Below, in pieces: positions 37,093 to 50,754 of a DNA stretch of 64,000 bases. This stretch comes from Octopus vulgaris (lineage: Eukaryota): NCBI GenBank assembly GCA_951406725.2, contig OX597834.1, forward strand, positions 32,736,001 to 32,800,000, written 5' to 3'. The position numbers and the translations under genes are program-made. Every line of letters begins with the position of its first letter. Position 1 is the first letter of the stretch. The notes beneath the pieces are model-generated. The model ran no database searches. It was not told the DNA's origin and worked only from the letters and a program-made list of their open reading frames with translations.

Positions 37093-37510
37093 CTTTTATC
37101 TTTTACTGGTTTCAGTCATTAAACTGCGGATATGTTAGGGCACCGCCTTGAAAAATTCTTTGTCGAATGTATCGACTCCAGTACTAATTCTATCGGATCC
37201 TTTTGCCGAACCGCTAAGTTACGGACGCGCAAATACACTAACACCAGTAGTCGAGCGGTGGTGGTGGTGGTGGTGGTGGGACAAATACAGACGGTCCTCG
37301 GCACTTACCCAAGGTGCCATGCAGTGGGACTGAACCCGGAACTATGTGGTTGAGAAGCAAACTAACTTCTTACCACACAGCCACGCCTGCGCCTACACAC
37401 ACGCGAGTGCGACGGGCTTCCACAGAGTTTCCGTCTACCACCTTCACTCACAAGGCATTGCTCGGCGGGTCCGGGGCTATAGTAGAAGACACTTGTCCAA
37501 GGTGCCACTC
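37093..37510 (-). mobile_element. SINE family A, rearranged copy plus fragment
   Basis: Family A segments. Confidence 0.7.
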
Positions 37511-38194
37511 AGCTGGATCGCCACTGCTCCCAGATCCGTTCGATCAGAACTAACCTGAAACAGAAACAGAAACAACAACAGCAGCAGCAGCAGTAGAAAC
37601 TCTTCAAAAGTTCTCCGCCTTCCAATACAAACTGTTTCATGCATCTTTACGAAGCTTCAAAACAAGGAATCTAAATCCCGAATAGCGAATCCATTCGTGA
37701 ACTGGGCGTGATCTACACCTAAGAGAGGCCGCCACAAGCTGACAAGCAATTCGTACGGGAGCTGAGAGCCAGAGAGAGAGAGAGAGAGAGAAAATTTCTT
37801 TATTCGCCATAAGGTTGAGAAAAAGAGGGGACGATACGAGGACAGACAAAAAGAGAGAGAGAGAGAGAAATGAGGTGTGAAGAGGTGGGTGGAGTGGTTA
37901 CTGGGAATTATTTCAGATTGAGAAATCCAACAGTTATTGGCTGGACTCATTACTATACTGTGGCTGTGCTTTTATCTCAGACTGAAAGGCCTCCAAATAG
38001 GCCCACCACCAGCAAGCCTCGCCTAAGAGTGGGGAAGAAGAAAATCACAAAACGAAAACTACGGAAGACTCTACAGCCTTACTGGGAACGCCTACAGTCG
38101 TTATAACGACTCGATTGTACGGAATACCGACGGAAGCACTACGTCATTGTATAAGACAGAAACTCACAACATAACACACACACACACACACAAC

Positions 38195-38402
38195 CACCAC
38201 CACCACCATCATCATCATCGTCATCTGCCCGCTTTCTATGCTGAACATTGGTTAACAAGATCCAACGAATCGGGGAACCATGCGTTTCTTCATCGTCCCA
38301 ATTTTGCTGGGGTTTCTATGGCTGGATGCCCTTCCAAATGCCAAGAGCACCACTTTTATAGTTACAGAGTGTACTAAGATGCTTTTGTCTTTTCGTGGCA
38401 CC
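38195..38402 (-). mobile_element. RTE-related non-autonomous element, degenerate
   Basis: GTTTCTATGGCTGGATGCCCTTCC is the reverse complement of part of 58926-59204; (CAT)n tail. Confidence 0.6.
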
Positions 38403-38429
38403 ATAAGCAGTGGTAATATAAACCTTCTA

Positions 38430-38780
38430 CCTTTTCACTGTTCCAGTCATTGAACTACGGCCATGCTGGAGCACCGCTTTCAAGGGTTGTTTTAGTCGAG
38501 CAAATCGGTTCCAGTACTTATTTCTTGTGCCTGGTACTTATTCTATCGCTAGGTCCTGAGGAAGTAAACAAACTAATACCGGTTGTCAAGTGACTGGGAG
38601 AACGAACACACACACACACACACACATACGCACACGATGGGCTTCTTTCAGTTTCCGTCTACCAAATTCATTGGCCTGGCATTGGTTGGCCTGAGACTGC
38701 AGTAGAAGACACTTGCCCAAAGTGTTCCGCTCTGGGACTGAACCTGAAACCATGCAATCGCGAACCGAATACCTTAACTA
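38430..38780 (-). mobile_element. SINE family A, diverged
   Basis: Collinear with family A. Confidence 0.75.
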
Positions 38781-39169
38781 AATATTTTCATTAAATTTCT
38801 TCAAACGTTTCTCATTAAAAGAAAAAGAGAAAAAAAAAACGCTAATGACACAAAAGAAAGAAAGGAATTATTGTTTTGAAATCAAGAATTTTTTTTTTTA
38901 ATTAATTAGTTTAATATTATATTTTAGAAATTTATATGATGGGGGTGGGGATCGATAAGAAATCAATGATTCCATGAAGGGGCGGGGTGGGGTGAGGCAA
39001 GGAATCAATGATATGAAAAGTTTACCTGATTTAGATAAATACATGTTCTAATGTCTCGAAATGGCTAAAACCAGTGTAGAACACAGCAACCAGCGGAGAA
39101 CCGTCTCTATGATAACCTCGATCAGCTGGGAGAAATAGCAGCCAGATCTCCATGAGTTCACAACCGTAA

Positions 39170-39224
<55 letters not shown>

Positions 39225-39226
39225 GA

Positions 39227-39285
<59 letters not shown>

Positions 39286-39327
39286 GCAGAGATAGACAGA
39301 CAGAGAGAGCGAGAGAGAGACAGAGAC

Positions 39328-39366
<39 letters not shown>

Positions 39367-40149
39367 GAGACAGACAGGCAGACAGAGAGAGACGTATAGC
39401 ATCATGTGGTCCAGTGTTAACTCTTCAAAGAAGGTTAAAACTAAGAAGAAGAAGAAGAAAAACCGACGTGAGGGTCACGCATGGAATGCCTTTGATCATA
39501 AGGACAGTCTCAGGGCCAAACATCATCAAACAACGAAGACAGAGCCGCCTGCTAACCAACGTGCGATGCTGTCATTTTATACAAAGCCAACAAACAAAGA
39601 CTACTTTGGACCAAAAACTGTACAGTAAATAAATATAAACAAAACAGCCGACGTGAACTATAGTGCTGCAGCATGGCCTCGGCCACTAAACCAAAAAAAA
39701 ACCCAAAAAAAAACTACGCATATATTCACAAATATACATGTTTACATACAAGGTAGTGAACGTCACGGTTTCTGTATGGTTAGAAGAACCGCTAGAAATG
39801 GCAGCTAGGTCTCTCGCCCTCACGTCCAAACCTTGTTTTATAAATGTGTAAAGGTAATGGAGAAGGCTGTAGTCCAAGATGCACTGTGTCAGGTGAATAC
39901 ATGCCCAGATTGCATATAGACAGGCGTGCATACATACATACACATGAATAATTCCATATCGACATCTCTACGCACACAGGCACACATATAACCAGTGGCA
40001 CATACACACACACGTTTATATATGCACATACACCAATCCATTTGCACATACACATACACAAATCCATGTCCACACATGCAGATATACACAAATCCATATG
40101 CACATATATATACACATTGAAATTTATTTGTACAAACACACACACACAC

Positions 40150-40216
<67 letters not shown>

Positions 40217-40299
40217 TATATATATATACACACACACACATATATATATATACACACACACACATATATATATATATACACACACACACACATATATAT

Positions 40300-40330
<31 letters not shown>

Positions 40331-42239
40331 CACACACACACACATATATATATTCACACACAGGCGTAGAAACACAATGAAAATATCTATATATTTCATT
40401 CAAATGCGTATTTTTAATTTGGTTGTCACCACAGATGTGTGCAAGTATGTATATATATATATATATACACGTGTGTCTATGTGTGTGAGAGAGAGAGAGA
40501 GGAAGAAATCACTAGAGCCAGCAGTCGCTCCCGCCGCCACCACCACCATCTTCTACAGTCTAAGCTGGCCAGAGTCTGTCTTGTATGATGATGGCCAAGC
40601 AAGTAACAAGTACACGTGTTCTAAAGCGAATTCAAGCGACCAAAGAATCGAAACTCGGTTGCAGACAGTGTTGATAATGTAGTCCTAAGACAGAACTAAA
40701 AAAGATGGGATGGTCACGGCTGTTGCAGTCTTCGACCACAAGTTTTCTAGCCACACACATACATACACACCTCTACATTGTTTTGGACATAAATATACAT
40801 ATATATATAACACGCATACACACACACACATATATAATTTATATATATATATATATATATATATAATAACAAAGGGTAAAATTAATTAATTAATTAATTA
40901 ATTAAGAAGTAATCAGTAATTTCACCAAGCAGAATTCGGCAATTTTGATGTGGTGAAGCAAATCGTCGCTGAACCCTTTTTATAAAGTAAATATATATAT
41001 ATATATATACACACGCACACCACAATACCGATACATACACAAATATCTCTTATAAACACACAGACACACACAGACTGTTAGTCATACTAATCTATACGTA
41101 AATATAAACACATGGATGTGTTGTTGAATGTTGTACAAGAGTCGAGAGGCCGCGACACGATTTCGACCTCCAATCGAATTCGCTTCACTTAGGTCGTTCA
41201 TGCTCACGGAGAGAGGAATAAACATCACAGATTCTCCCATACGCCCCTCCTTTTAATTGATATAGCCATGTGTGCTCCTCCCCTCTCACATGTACGTATG
41301 TATGTGGTCGAGTTTATAACCAGTCTAGACAGCACATATACAAACAGATGCGTACACAGTCGCATAGACATAGTTAATATATGTATACAGACAAATATAT
41401 CATCACATACAGACGCACATATGTACTGAAACATAGGCAAAAACATACACACAGACAAATGTTTCACAAATAAACAACATATAGTCGCAAACACACACAC
41501 AATATAGAACACCAAAGTGATGAGAATGTTAGTAAAAAAAATTGTTCGAACGGCTCGAAACCCGAACCTCTTTCTCTCTCTCTCTATTGTCTATAAGTTA
41601 GAAGCAGAAGAATGCAGTGATTTGACACCATGATAACCCCTGCTTATTTCATCCACTCTGAAAGGATGAAAGGCAATGTCGACCTCGGCAGAATTTGAAC
41701 TCAGAACGTAAAGAACCGGATGAAATGTCAAAAAGCATTTTGTCCGGCAAGGTAATGATTCTGCCATCCTTTCCATGAACCTAAACCTCCAGTAAAAGTG
41801 ACACTGAAATAAAAAAGAAAAACCCCTATGAAACGAGGGGCGAGGTTAGGGTTAACCCCATCGAGGAAAAGGACGTATGCAAAGATTTTGGGGGGAAAAA
41901 AACATGAACTTGGTTTTGAGGTTGGGAAAGGTAGAAACTGGTTGTGTCTTTTGTTATGGTACCTGCAGACAAACATTTGGTTATGAATTTTTGATGTTTG
42001 ATTCTTGGTGTGTGAATATATATTCTCTGTATCTCTGCGTGTATTTGTCTGAGTGTGTGTGTGTGTTTGTAATTCTGTCTGTGTGCGTTTAATTATATGC
42101 TTATTCGATCCGCGTGTATGCGTGCAGTTGACTGTCTATGCGTGTGTGTACGTCCTTGCATGAGTGCGCACGCATGTGTGTGTGTGCGTGTGTATTTCGA
42201 GCATCGAAGATTAGATTCTGCCCCCCCCCGCCCCCAAAG

Positions 42240-42451
42240 TTTCAAATTTTGGAAGAAGCCCAACAATTTTAGGGCAGGGGTCTGGTCGATTACATCGACC
42301 CCAGTACCCAACTGGTACTTTATTTCATCCACTCCGAAAAGATGAAAGGCAATGTCGACCTCGGCAGAATTTGAACTCAGAACGTAAAGAACCGGATGAA
42401 ATGTCACAAAGCATTTTGTCCGGCAAGGTAATGGATTCTGCCATCCTTTCT
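42240..42451 (-). mobile_element. SINE family B (near-identical partial duplicate at 41645-41772)
   Basis: Core match. Confidence 0.75.
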
Positions 42452-43665
42452 ATAATTTTTTTTTTTTTACGAATCTTGAATTATTTTTCATTCGTATGTT
42501 TTGGATATTTGAGATTTTAATTCTTCAAAAATATGCGTAACATTTTTTTTTCATTTTCAATTCAAACATATTTTGTTTTTTGAATTTTTTACAACATAGA
42601 AAAAAAAAATTAATAAAAATAATGTAAAAAAAGTAAATGAATATGTATAGGAGGTGGGGGGGGGAGTGCAGTAAATTATTTAAAAAAAAAAATTACAAAC
42701 TTTGAAATTCTGCCAAATAAATAAATTTGTAGCTTTTGTTTTTTTTTTATTTTTCAGATATTCGTGAACTCCGATGTTTAAAAAAAAAAATGTAAATATG
42801 AAACAAAAAGTTTTATCCCAAAAAATATAAATTGAAAAATCTCCCCCATCTCACCCTCGACACCCCCTTCACCCGAATAAATTACCGTTTTCGATGTTCC
42901 AGATAATTTCTAACCCTAATCTAAAAGGAACGGTGAGTGGGTCAATAGATTCATACGTACATACATTATACATGAATATATCCACACACACACACATATA
43001 TATTATATATATATATACGTATATATTTGACCTTACATGTAGAAAGATAGATATTAGATATTTATACGGTAAACCAGTGAAGTGGTGACAGGAGAGAGGG
43101 AGGTTCGTCCCCAGTGTAGGACTGACAGGTGGCCCACAAGGTGCTGTTGCAATGGGACAATGCACTCGGGACAGTACCAGGGGAGGGCAGTGTGCGTTCA
43201 AAAGTGAAAGTATTGACAACGAAAAAACTGCAGTCTGAAGTGTCGAGAGGAACAGGAAGTGTTTGTAAGGTCAAAGGTTAAAATAAAAAATCTCCACGTT
43301 CCGTATATTTATTTATTTATTGCTTTTTGTATTTACTTGATCAGCTGTAGTTCGGAGGCTGATCCAATAGATATATATATATAATCAAAGACGTTCTAGT
43401 CGTGACCACTACTTATTATTTAGAACTATATAATCCAACAAGTCCAGACATACACAACGCAAATGTGACCCTCCTGACTTTTGTTTCCTCAGAAATTTCA
43501 GAAAAATCGTTATTTTTTAATGAAATTCTCCACAAATATTTTTTCAGAATTTATTGTAAAAATACAAAATATAATAAAGAATCGGTGGCCGCGCATTCAT
43601 ACACACTGACACATCTCGCATAAATTTTTTTCAAAATTCATAAGTTTTATTTTTGAAGATGCATA

Positions 43666-43885
43666 CGAAGGGATGCAGAAAAGTTCCTAGCTTTAAGGGT
43701 TTTGCAAAAGGCCTGGTTAGAGGCCCAAACTTGTGGGTTCTTTTACAGGACTTACAAAAAAAAACTGAAGGGCTTCTGCAATAGGCGTGTGAATGAGAGA
43801 AGGGAATATGTTAAATGAAATCATAACTAACTGATCCTCCTCTATTTTCTTTCACCCAAAGCCAGGAACTTTTAGCAACCCCTCG
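43666..43885. mobile_element. Mariner-like MITE with TA TSD
   Basis: TA|CGAAGGGATGCAGAAAAGTTCCTAGCTTT ... AAAGCCAGGAACTTTTAGCAACCCCTCG|TA. Confidence 0.85.
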
Positions 43886-44617
43886 TATGTGGTTTGTGAC
43901 AGTATTGTATGAGTGTGCGCCCATGAAAGTCCTTCATCACGTTATATTTCGATATACTATCTGAAACGTAACTGCAGAAAGATTCATTAAAAAAAATATA
44001 TAATTTTACTGAAAGTTATGAGGAAACAAAGATGGGAGGGAGCGGAAACACTTGTGTCGGTATGCCAAATCTTTTTTTTTTTTTTTTTTCATGTTAGTGT
44101 ATATGTGTATTAAGGGAAATTTTAGCTGCTATTTCTAGCAAGACTAGCGTCAATACAAAGATTAACTTGCTGATGGAGTTTGCATGGTGATGGATTGATA
44201 AATATGTTCTGTTCTTAGAATCTGCCCCTGGATTGTGTTTGCCTTCCGTCCTCCCAATAATAGCATCAGGGGTTGATGAAATATGCATGAGATGGGTTTC
44301 AAAGAGTTTTCTCAAAACAGGGGAGGGGGCACTGAACCCTTGTCGGGGAGGGAATGAACGTTTGGAATTTTTTTTTCCTTTTTTGATGGGGGGGGGGATG
44401 AAGTTTAGAGAAATGACAGCAAGTGGAAGGGGTTGTGAAGAGTATGAGAGATAGGTAGATATATATATAGAGAGAGAGGCAAACAACGACATAGAATGGA
44501 TAGATAAACAAATATAGATAGACATAGAGAAACAGATAGGTAAATAGGCAGATAGATATACAAATAGCTAGACAAACAAACGGATGGAAGGACATACAAA
44601 GAAATAGACACTCAGGT

Positions 44618-44648
<31 letters not shown>

Positions 44649-44700
44649 AGATAGATAGATAGATGGAGAGATAGATAGATAGATAGATAGATAGATGGAG

Positions 44701-44762
<62 letters not shown>

Positions 44763-45373
44763 ACAGACAGATAAACAGAGACGGACTGATGGGGTGAGAG
44801 AGAGAGACAAATAGATTAATGGAGAGACAGAGACAGATAGACAGAAATAGACAGACAGACAGACAAATAGGTAGATAGAAAACTAGATAACTGGGGAGAG
44901 GGAGAGACAGATGGAGCAAGAGAGATGAGTAAAGAACAGCGACAGCCAAAGAGTGTAGGGGGGGGGGGGCACAGCTACCATCATCACAGCTTCCGGTTCA
45001 GCTTGGCGCCAAACATTATCCAAAAGTTATCTTTATCAAGTTAATAAGTAACACAACTTTACGTAAATAAACAGACTCTCATACACACCCATTCTGAGAA
45101 GTTGTGGCATTTATGCCTTGCCTTATGTATGTCTTTTTTTTTTTTTAATCCTGCCTTAACGATTATGATCATACGGGACTGTTCTGTTCCAAACTACAAT
45201 TCGAAACCGGATTGCTAACTTTCTGCAGCATACAATATATATATATGTGGAATTTTTTTGAAAATCCATTATAAATAAAACCTTATATTGTATTATATAT
45301 ATATATACATGTGTGTGTCTGTGTTTTTACATGTATATGCATATACTGCGACACATCTGTCTGAACGTATTAA

Positions 45374-45421
<48 letters not shown>

Positions 45422-45659
45422 CACAAGCATGTTTATGAAGTGCATGGGTATAAATCATGTATACACAGAGAAAGATAGCGATGAGGGTTTGTGACTGAAT
45501 ACATGTATGTGTGTTGTATAGTTCAACTATTAAAAAGGAAAACGTACAAAATATACAGACACGAGGAAGCAAATAAATTTTGTGTTATTTTCTCAGAGTA
45601 TGTGTGTGTGCATATATGTGTGTGTGCGCGTAAGAGAGAGAGAAACATACTCTGTATGC

Positions 45660-45697
<38 letters not shown>

Positions 45698-46208
45698 GCG
45701 CGCGCGCAAACATTCTTTTAGTTTTTTCCTGGCTTCAGTAATTGCATTGTGGCCATACTGGAGCACAGCATCAAACGTGTGATTGTTAATTATATATTTC
45801 ATAATTCAGTCGATCGTGGATATTGACCGACAAAGACTATAAATTTAAGCCAGCTACATATTTTATCGATTTCTAATTGTCGAACGACTAAGTTACGAGA
45901 GGCATTGCAAAAAAAAAACAAGACACTATATATAAGTGTGTATGTGTGTTTGTGTGTTATGCGTGTGTGCACGAAAGTTTGTATGGATGGCTAGATGCAT
46001 TTGTATGTGTGTGATCGAGAGAGCAATGTAATTTAAACAGAAATAAAAACACTCCAAACAAAACCAGAAACCTAATAAATAATGAATTCACAACGATAAC
46101 AACATAATTACTAAATACTACCATTACTAATAATAATAACAACAATAATAACGATCGTAAAAAACCAGCAACAATAATATTAATATTAAACAATACAGAA
46201 GTTACTAA

Positions 46209-46217
46209 GCTTACCTT
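46209..46217 (-). other. Candidate splice donor (AAG|GTAAGC)
   Basis: Near-consensus donor at the end of a SINE-free, trinucleotide-repeat-rich segment; no transcript evidence. Confidence 0.35.
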
Positions 46218-46711
46218 GTGAAAACAGTCAAATCTCCCTGTGGTAGTTTTTTTGTTAGTTATTATTATTATTTAACCATCAGTGTCATTATTATTCAATA
46301 ATAATAATAATAATAATAATAGTAATCATAACAGCCTCATCTCATAGCATTTGTAAAAGCTGTTGATTCCTTTGTCCGTCGTCGCTAACAGAACACGAAC
46401 CCGGTTCCAAATCCAAACTAGTCCGGTTTGCGTTTTGATAAATGAATCTCTTCTCGCGGTTGTTGTTGTTATGATGATTATTATTATTGTTGTTGTTGTT
46501 GTTGTTAGTTATTCAGTATTACTTCTTGATTTTTTTAAATTTTTAAATATATATTTATATATATATATATATTCCGTCTTTGGTTGTTGGTGTGTTTTTT
46601 TTCTCCTTACAATTTCCTTATTATTTCTGCTGGGGTTTGTTTTTGTTGTTGCATAAGACTTGTTGACGTCACGTTTAATTTTGGAAGTAGAAGAAAGAAA
46701 AAAAAAGCCCA

Positions 46712-46760
<49 letters not shown>

Positions 46761-47543
46761 ATATGTGTGTGTGTGGAGAGAAAGAAAGAGAGAGACTGTC
46801 CAGCGGAGGAAGTTGGATGTAATATGTGTGTATGTATGTATGTATGTATATATATATATATATATATATTTGTACTTGTGTACAAATATGTGTGTCTGTG
46901 TATATTGATGTTTCTAATTAATTGGGGTTTTCAAACCCAATATTTACATGCTATTATTGATAGTTATATGTGTGCTTCGAGATCCACTATTCCAAAGAAT
47001 TATACATGTATATGTTACATGTTCGTATGTGTATGCGCGCGCGTTTGTATTGTGTGTGTGTGTGTGTGAGTGAGTGAGTGTGCGTGTGTGTGTGTGTGTA
47101 TGTGTGGAGAACACGAAAAGGGAAAAGGCAAGCGAAAAAAATTGCTGAGAGCTCTTCTAGGTCGAAGGTTAGCGGTCACGGGTCACACAGGCGAAGGGGA
47201 GTGGGGCTAAAAGAATGCGTATATATGTATACGTGCATGCATCTATACATGTGTGTCTACGTATGCGTTGCGCCTGTATGTAATGTGTGTGTATATGAAC
47301 GTATATGTATATATATATATATATATGTATATGTATGTATGTGTGTATAACGGGATAGAAAATCACAGCAAGCCGCTCTTTAGGTTTTATATATACATAT
47401 ACACACTGTCAACGCAAAACTTGTAATACTGAACCGCCGTAGCAATGATGATGGTGGTGGCGGTGGTGGCGGTGGTAGTTTTGTTATGATGGTGGCGGCG
47501 GCGGCGGTGGTGGTGGTGGTAGTAAAAAGCAGCTGAGAGCTAA

Positions 47544-47576
<33 letters not shown>

Positions 47577-47707
47577 ATAAGCAAGTGCTTTTGTTGTTAT
47601 TGTTGTTGTTGCTGCTGCTGCTGTTGGCACTGCTTCCGTTATTGTTGTTATTATTATTATTATTGTTATTGTTATCAATATTTGTTAATATTAAAAATTA
47701 TTAGTTG

Positions 47708-47739
<32 letters not shown>

Positions 47740-47854
47740 GCTACTGTTTGTAACTTTTGTTGTTGTTGTTGTTGATATATAATTATTATTTCACGATTTA
47801 ATTAAATGCACGATCGTACGCTCACGAGCACACACAGCATATATACAATTTATA

Positions 47855-47890
<36 letters not shown>

Positions 47891-48315
47891 ACAGCAAGTT
47901 ATTGTTTGTTGGTTGTTATTGCAGTTGTTGTTGTTGTTGTTATTAATAATGATATCGATGTTGTTTTTTTTGTAGTTGTTGTTGTTGTTGCAGAAACTTG
48001 ACAGATCAAAGGCGTGTGTTTGAGTATTGTTGTTGTTGGTGTTGTTGTTGACGTCGTTATAAAGGCCTTTCTTTTCTTAGAAAAAAAAGAGGAAAAAGAA
48101 GAAAAAGAAAGAGGAAATGCGAGGAGCAACCGGTGTCGTATGAAACTAAAAAAAAAAATGCTGTTGATATCAGAATTGTTTTAAGTCGTATTTTGCTGCT
48201 TCTGAACAACAAGAAAGGGAAAAAAATGGAAATGGAAATAAAATAAATTTTTTTTTTTTTTAAATCACTATTTGCTGATGTTGTTGTTGTTGTTGATAAC
48301 AATGAAGATGATGAC

Positions 48316-48346
<31 letters not shown>

Positions 48347-49180
48347 GCGCTTGACAAAGCAAGCAGCAGCTGATTGTTGTTGTTGTTGTTGTTGTTATTG
48401 TTTCTGCTGCTGCTGCTGCTGTTGCATTTGCAAAGCAGCGACGGCGGCCGTTCTTTGAAACTAAACTGGACAAGAAAGCTCTCAGCACACAACAGCAACA
48501 ACAACAACAGCAGTGGCAGTAGTAGTAGTAGTAGCAGTAGTAGTAGTAGTAGTAGTGGTAGTAGTTCTGTTGTGGTTGTTTGTTGTTGTAGTTGTAGTTG
48601 TTGAAATTTGACAAGTGCTCGCACACTTACATATAAGAAGATATACACACGCACACACACACACACGTACGCACTCACTCACGCACCACACACAAGTGTT
48701 GTAGTTGTTGTTGTAGTTGTTGTTGCTAGCGATGTTGTTGTTCTTGTTGTTGTTGTTATAGCACCAAAACTGCAATCGTGTTTATGTATGTATGTATGAA
48801 TGTTGCTGTTGTTACTGATGATGCTGATGCTGCTCGTGTTGATAATGATGATGAAGAGAAAGAGGTTAAACAAGGATGAAAAGTAATGTTAGGGGTAGCG
48901 GCGACGGCGGCGGCGGAAGCGGGTAAACGTGTCTGCCTCTCTTTCTATCTAGGCAGAGCTCTATGTAAATACATCTATATACACACAGGAGTCTGTGCAC
49001 ATGTGTTTAGTTAGCCTGTCTCTATGAGCATGTGTATATATATTATAGATATATGTATGTGCGCGTGTGTGTGAGTATATGTGTAGCTATCGTTCGCTGT
49101 GTGAGTCGTTGTACATATAAGTTTGGATATGTAGTTAGGTACGTGTGTACATATAAATGGTTATCTCTGTGTAGTTATAG

Positions 49181-49248
<68 letters not shown>

Positions 49249-50168
49249 GTACGTGTGTTTTGGTATGTGTATTGTACAACAAGGACACTTCAATTTATTT
49301 TACTTTCAAACAGGAGGCGTGTACACAACACATACATACATTACATGCCGCACACACTCACAATACATATACACATACAACACACACGCTTAGACGTGTG
49401 TGTCTATAAACTTAACAAATGAGTTCGCATATATATATATATATGTGTGTCTGTGTCTCTGTGTGTATGTATCTATATCTATGTATGTATGTTTGGGTGA
49501 ATTGATGTCAAGTCTTCGTGTGCTCTGCTCAGGATGGTTTACGACTCGATATCAAACGTAGAGTTTGCTATTTAGCCCTAGGTCAGTCCACACCGAGAGG
49601 ACCTTAGATTTATCATTTGATAAATTGTTACAATTGTTACAGTCGTGACACTCGGGTCCTATTTTTCAAAGCATTATCTAATACGTCCTTCCTTTGTTTA
49701 GTTTACATTTTTTTTTTTCTCTTGTGCTAGTGTGATTTGAAGGAATTCGACTGCTATTTCTAACAACTCTCAAGACCACCAAATGTCTCCGTGTCTGTCT
49801 TTTGTTATTTTTTTTTTGTCTTTGGGCGAGTATCGCACGTTGTCTAGAGCTATGGTCACCAGTGGTTTTATACTAATAAAAAAAGTCTTAAAAACCAATC
49901 ACAACAGAACCAACCACACTAGCGACTATTTACACACACACTTCAAGTGTGTGTGCGTAAACGTGTGTATGTGCAACAGAGGGAGGACAAAGAATGGAAC
50001 TAGAAAAAAAATGACTAATAACTGTATATTTATGTATCAATGTGTGTGTGTGTGTGTGTGTGTATGAACAATTAACCCAAGTACTAAGAAAACTGAAAAG
50101 AGTTTTCTGCGAAGTATCAAGAAGGAAAATATTGGAACAGGCTAAAGAATAGGGAAATGTTGTTGCTG

Positions 50169-50206
<38 letters not shown>

Positions 50207-50413
50207 TGGTAGCAATTACAGTGGCTCAAGGGCCGAGAGTTTCGTGTATTGGCACTTATCAAATTAGGGATAATTACAGAGAAAGACGGAATAGAAGGGG
50301 AAAGTAAAGAAAGGTACGTGTGTGTGTGTGACGGAAGGCGATCTGTAGAACGATGTCGGCGGCGGGGGTGGTGATATCGGTGGGGGAGACACTAAACAGC
50401 GTGTGTGTGTGTG

Positions 50414-50452
<39 letters not shown>

Positions 50453-50712
50453 GTGTGTGTGTGTGTATGTGTTGTGTTGTGTGTGTGTTGTAAAGGAGAA
50501 TGCAATCGGGGGAGATGGTCAACCGAGAAGTTTGAGCAGCGGATGGCGGCAGGTGGAAAGAAAATCACGGGCAACAGTTAACAATCACAATATCAAGAGA
50601 TTGCGATGCAATTACGGGTATGTACGGGTATGGAGAAAAAGAAAGAGAGAGAAAGAAAGAGAGAGAGAGAGACGTCTCGTATATTACGTATACGCATGTG
50701 ATCATATATATG

Positions 50713-50754
<42 letters not shown>

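Noticed and set aside
41645-42900. Near-identical SINE B fragments about 680 bp apart with homopolymer-rich sequence around them
   Set aside because: Looks like low-quality or uncorrected assembly sequence; cannot be treated as biological without reads
48268-48873. PolyQ/N/S/T/L ORFs
   Set aside because: Mixed trinucleotide repeats open in several frames, with no domain and no clear splice boundaries
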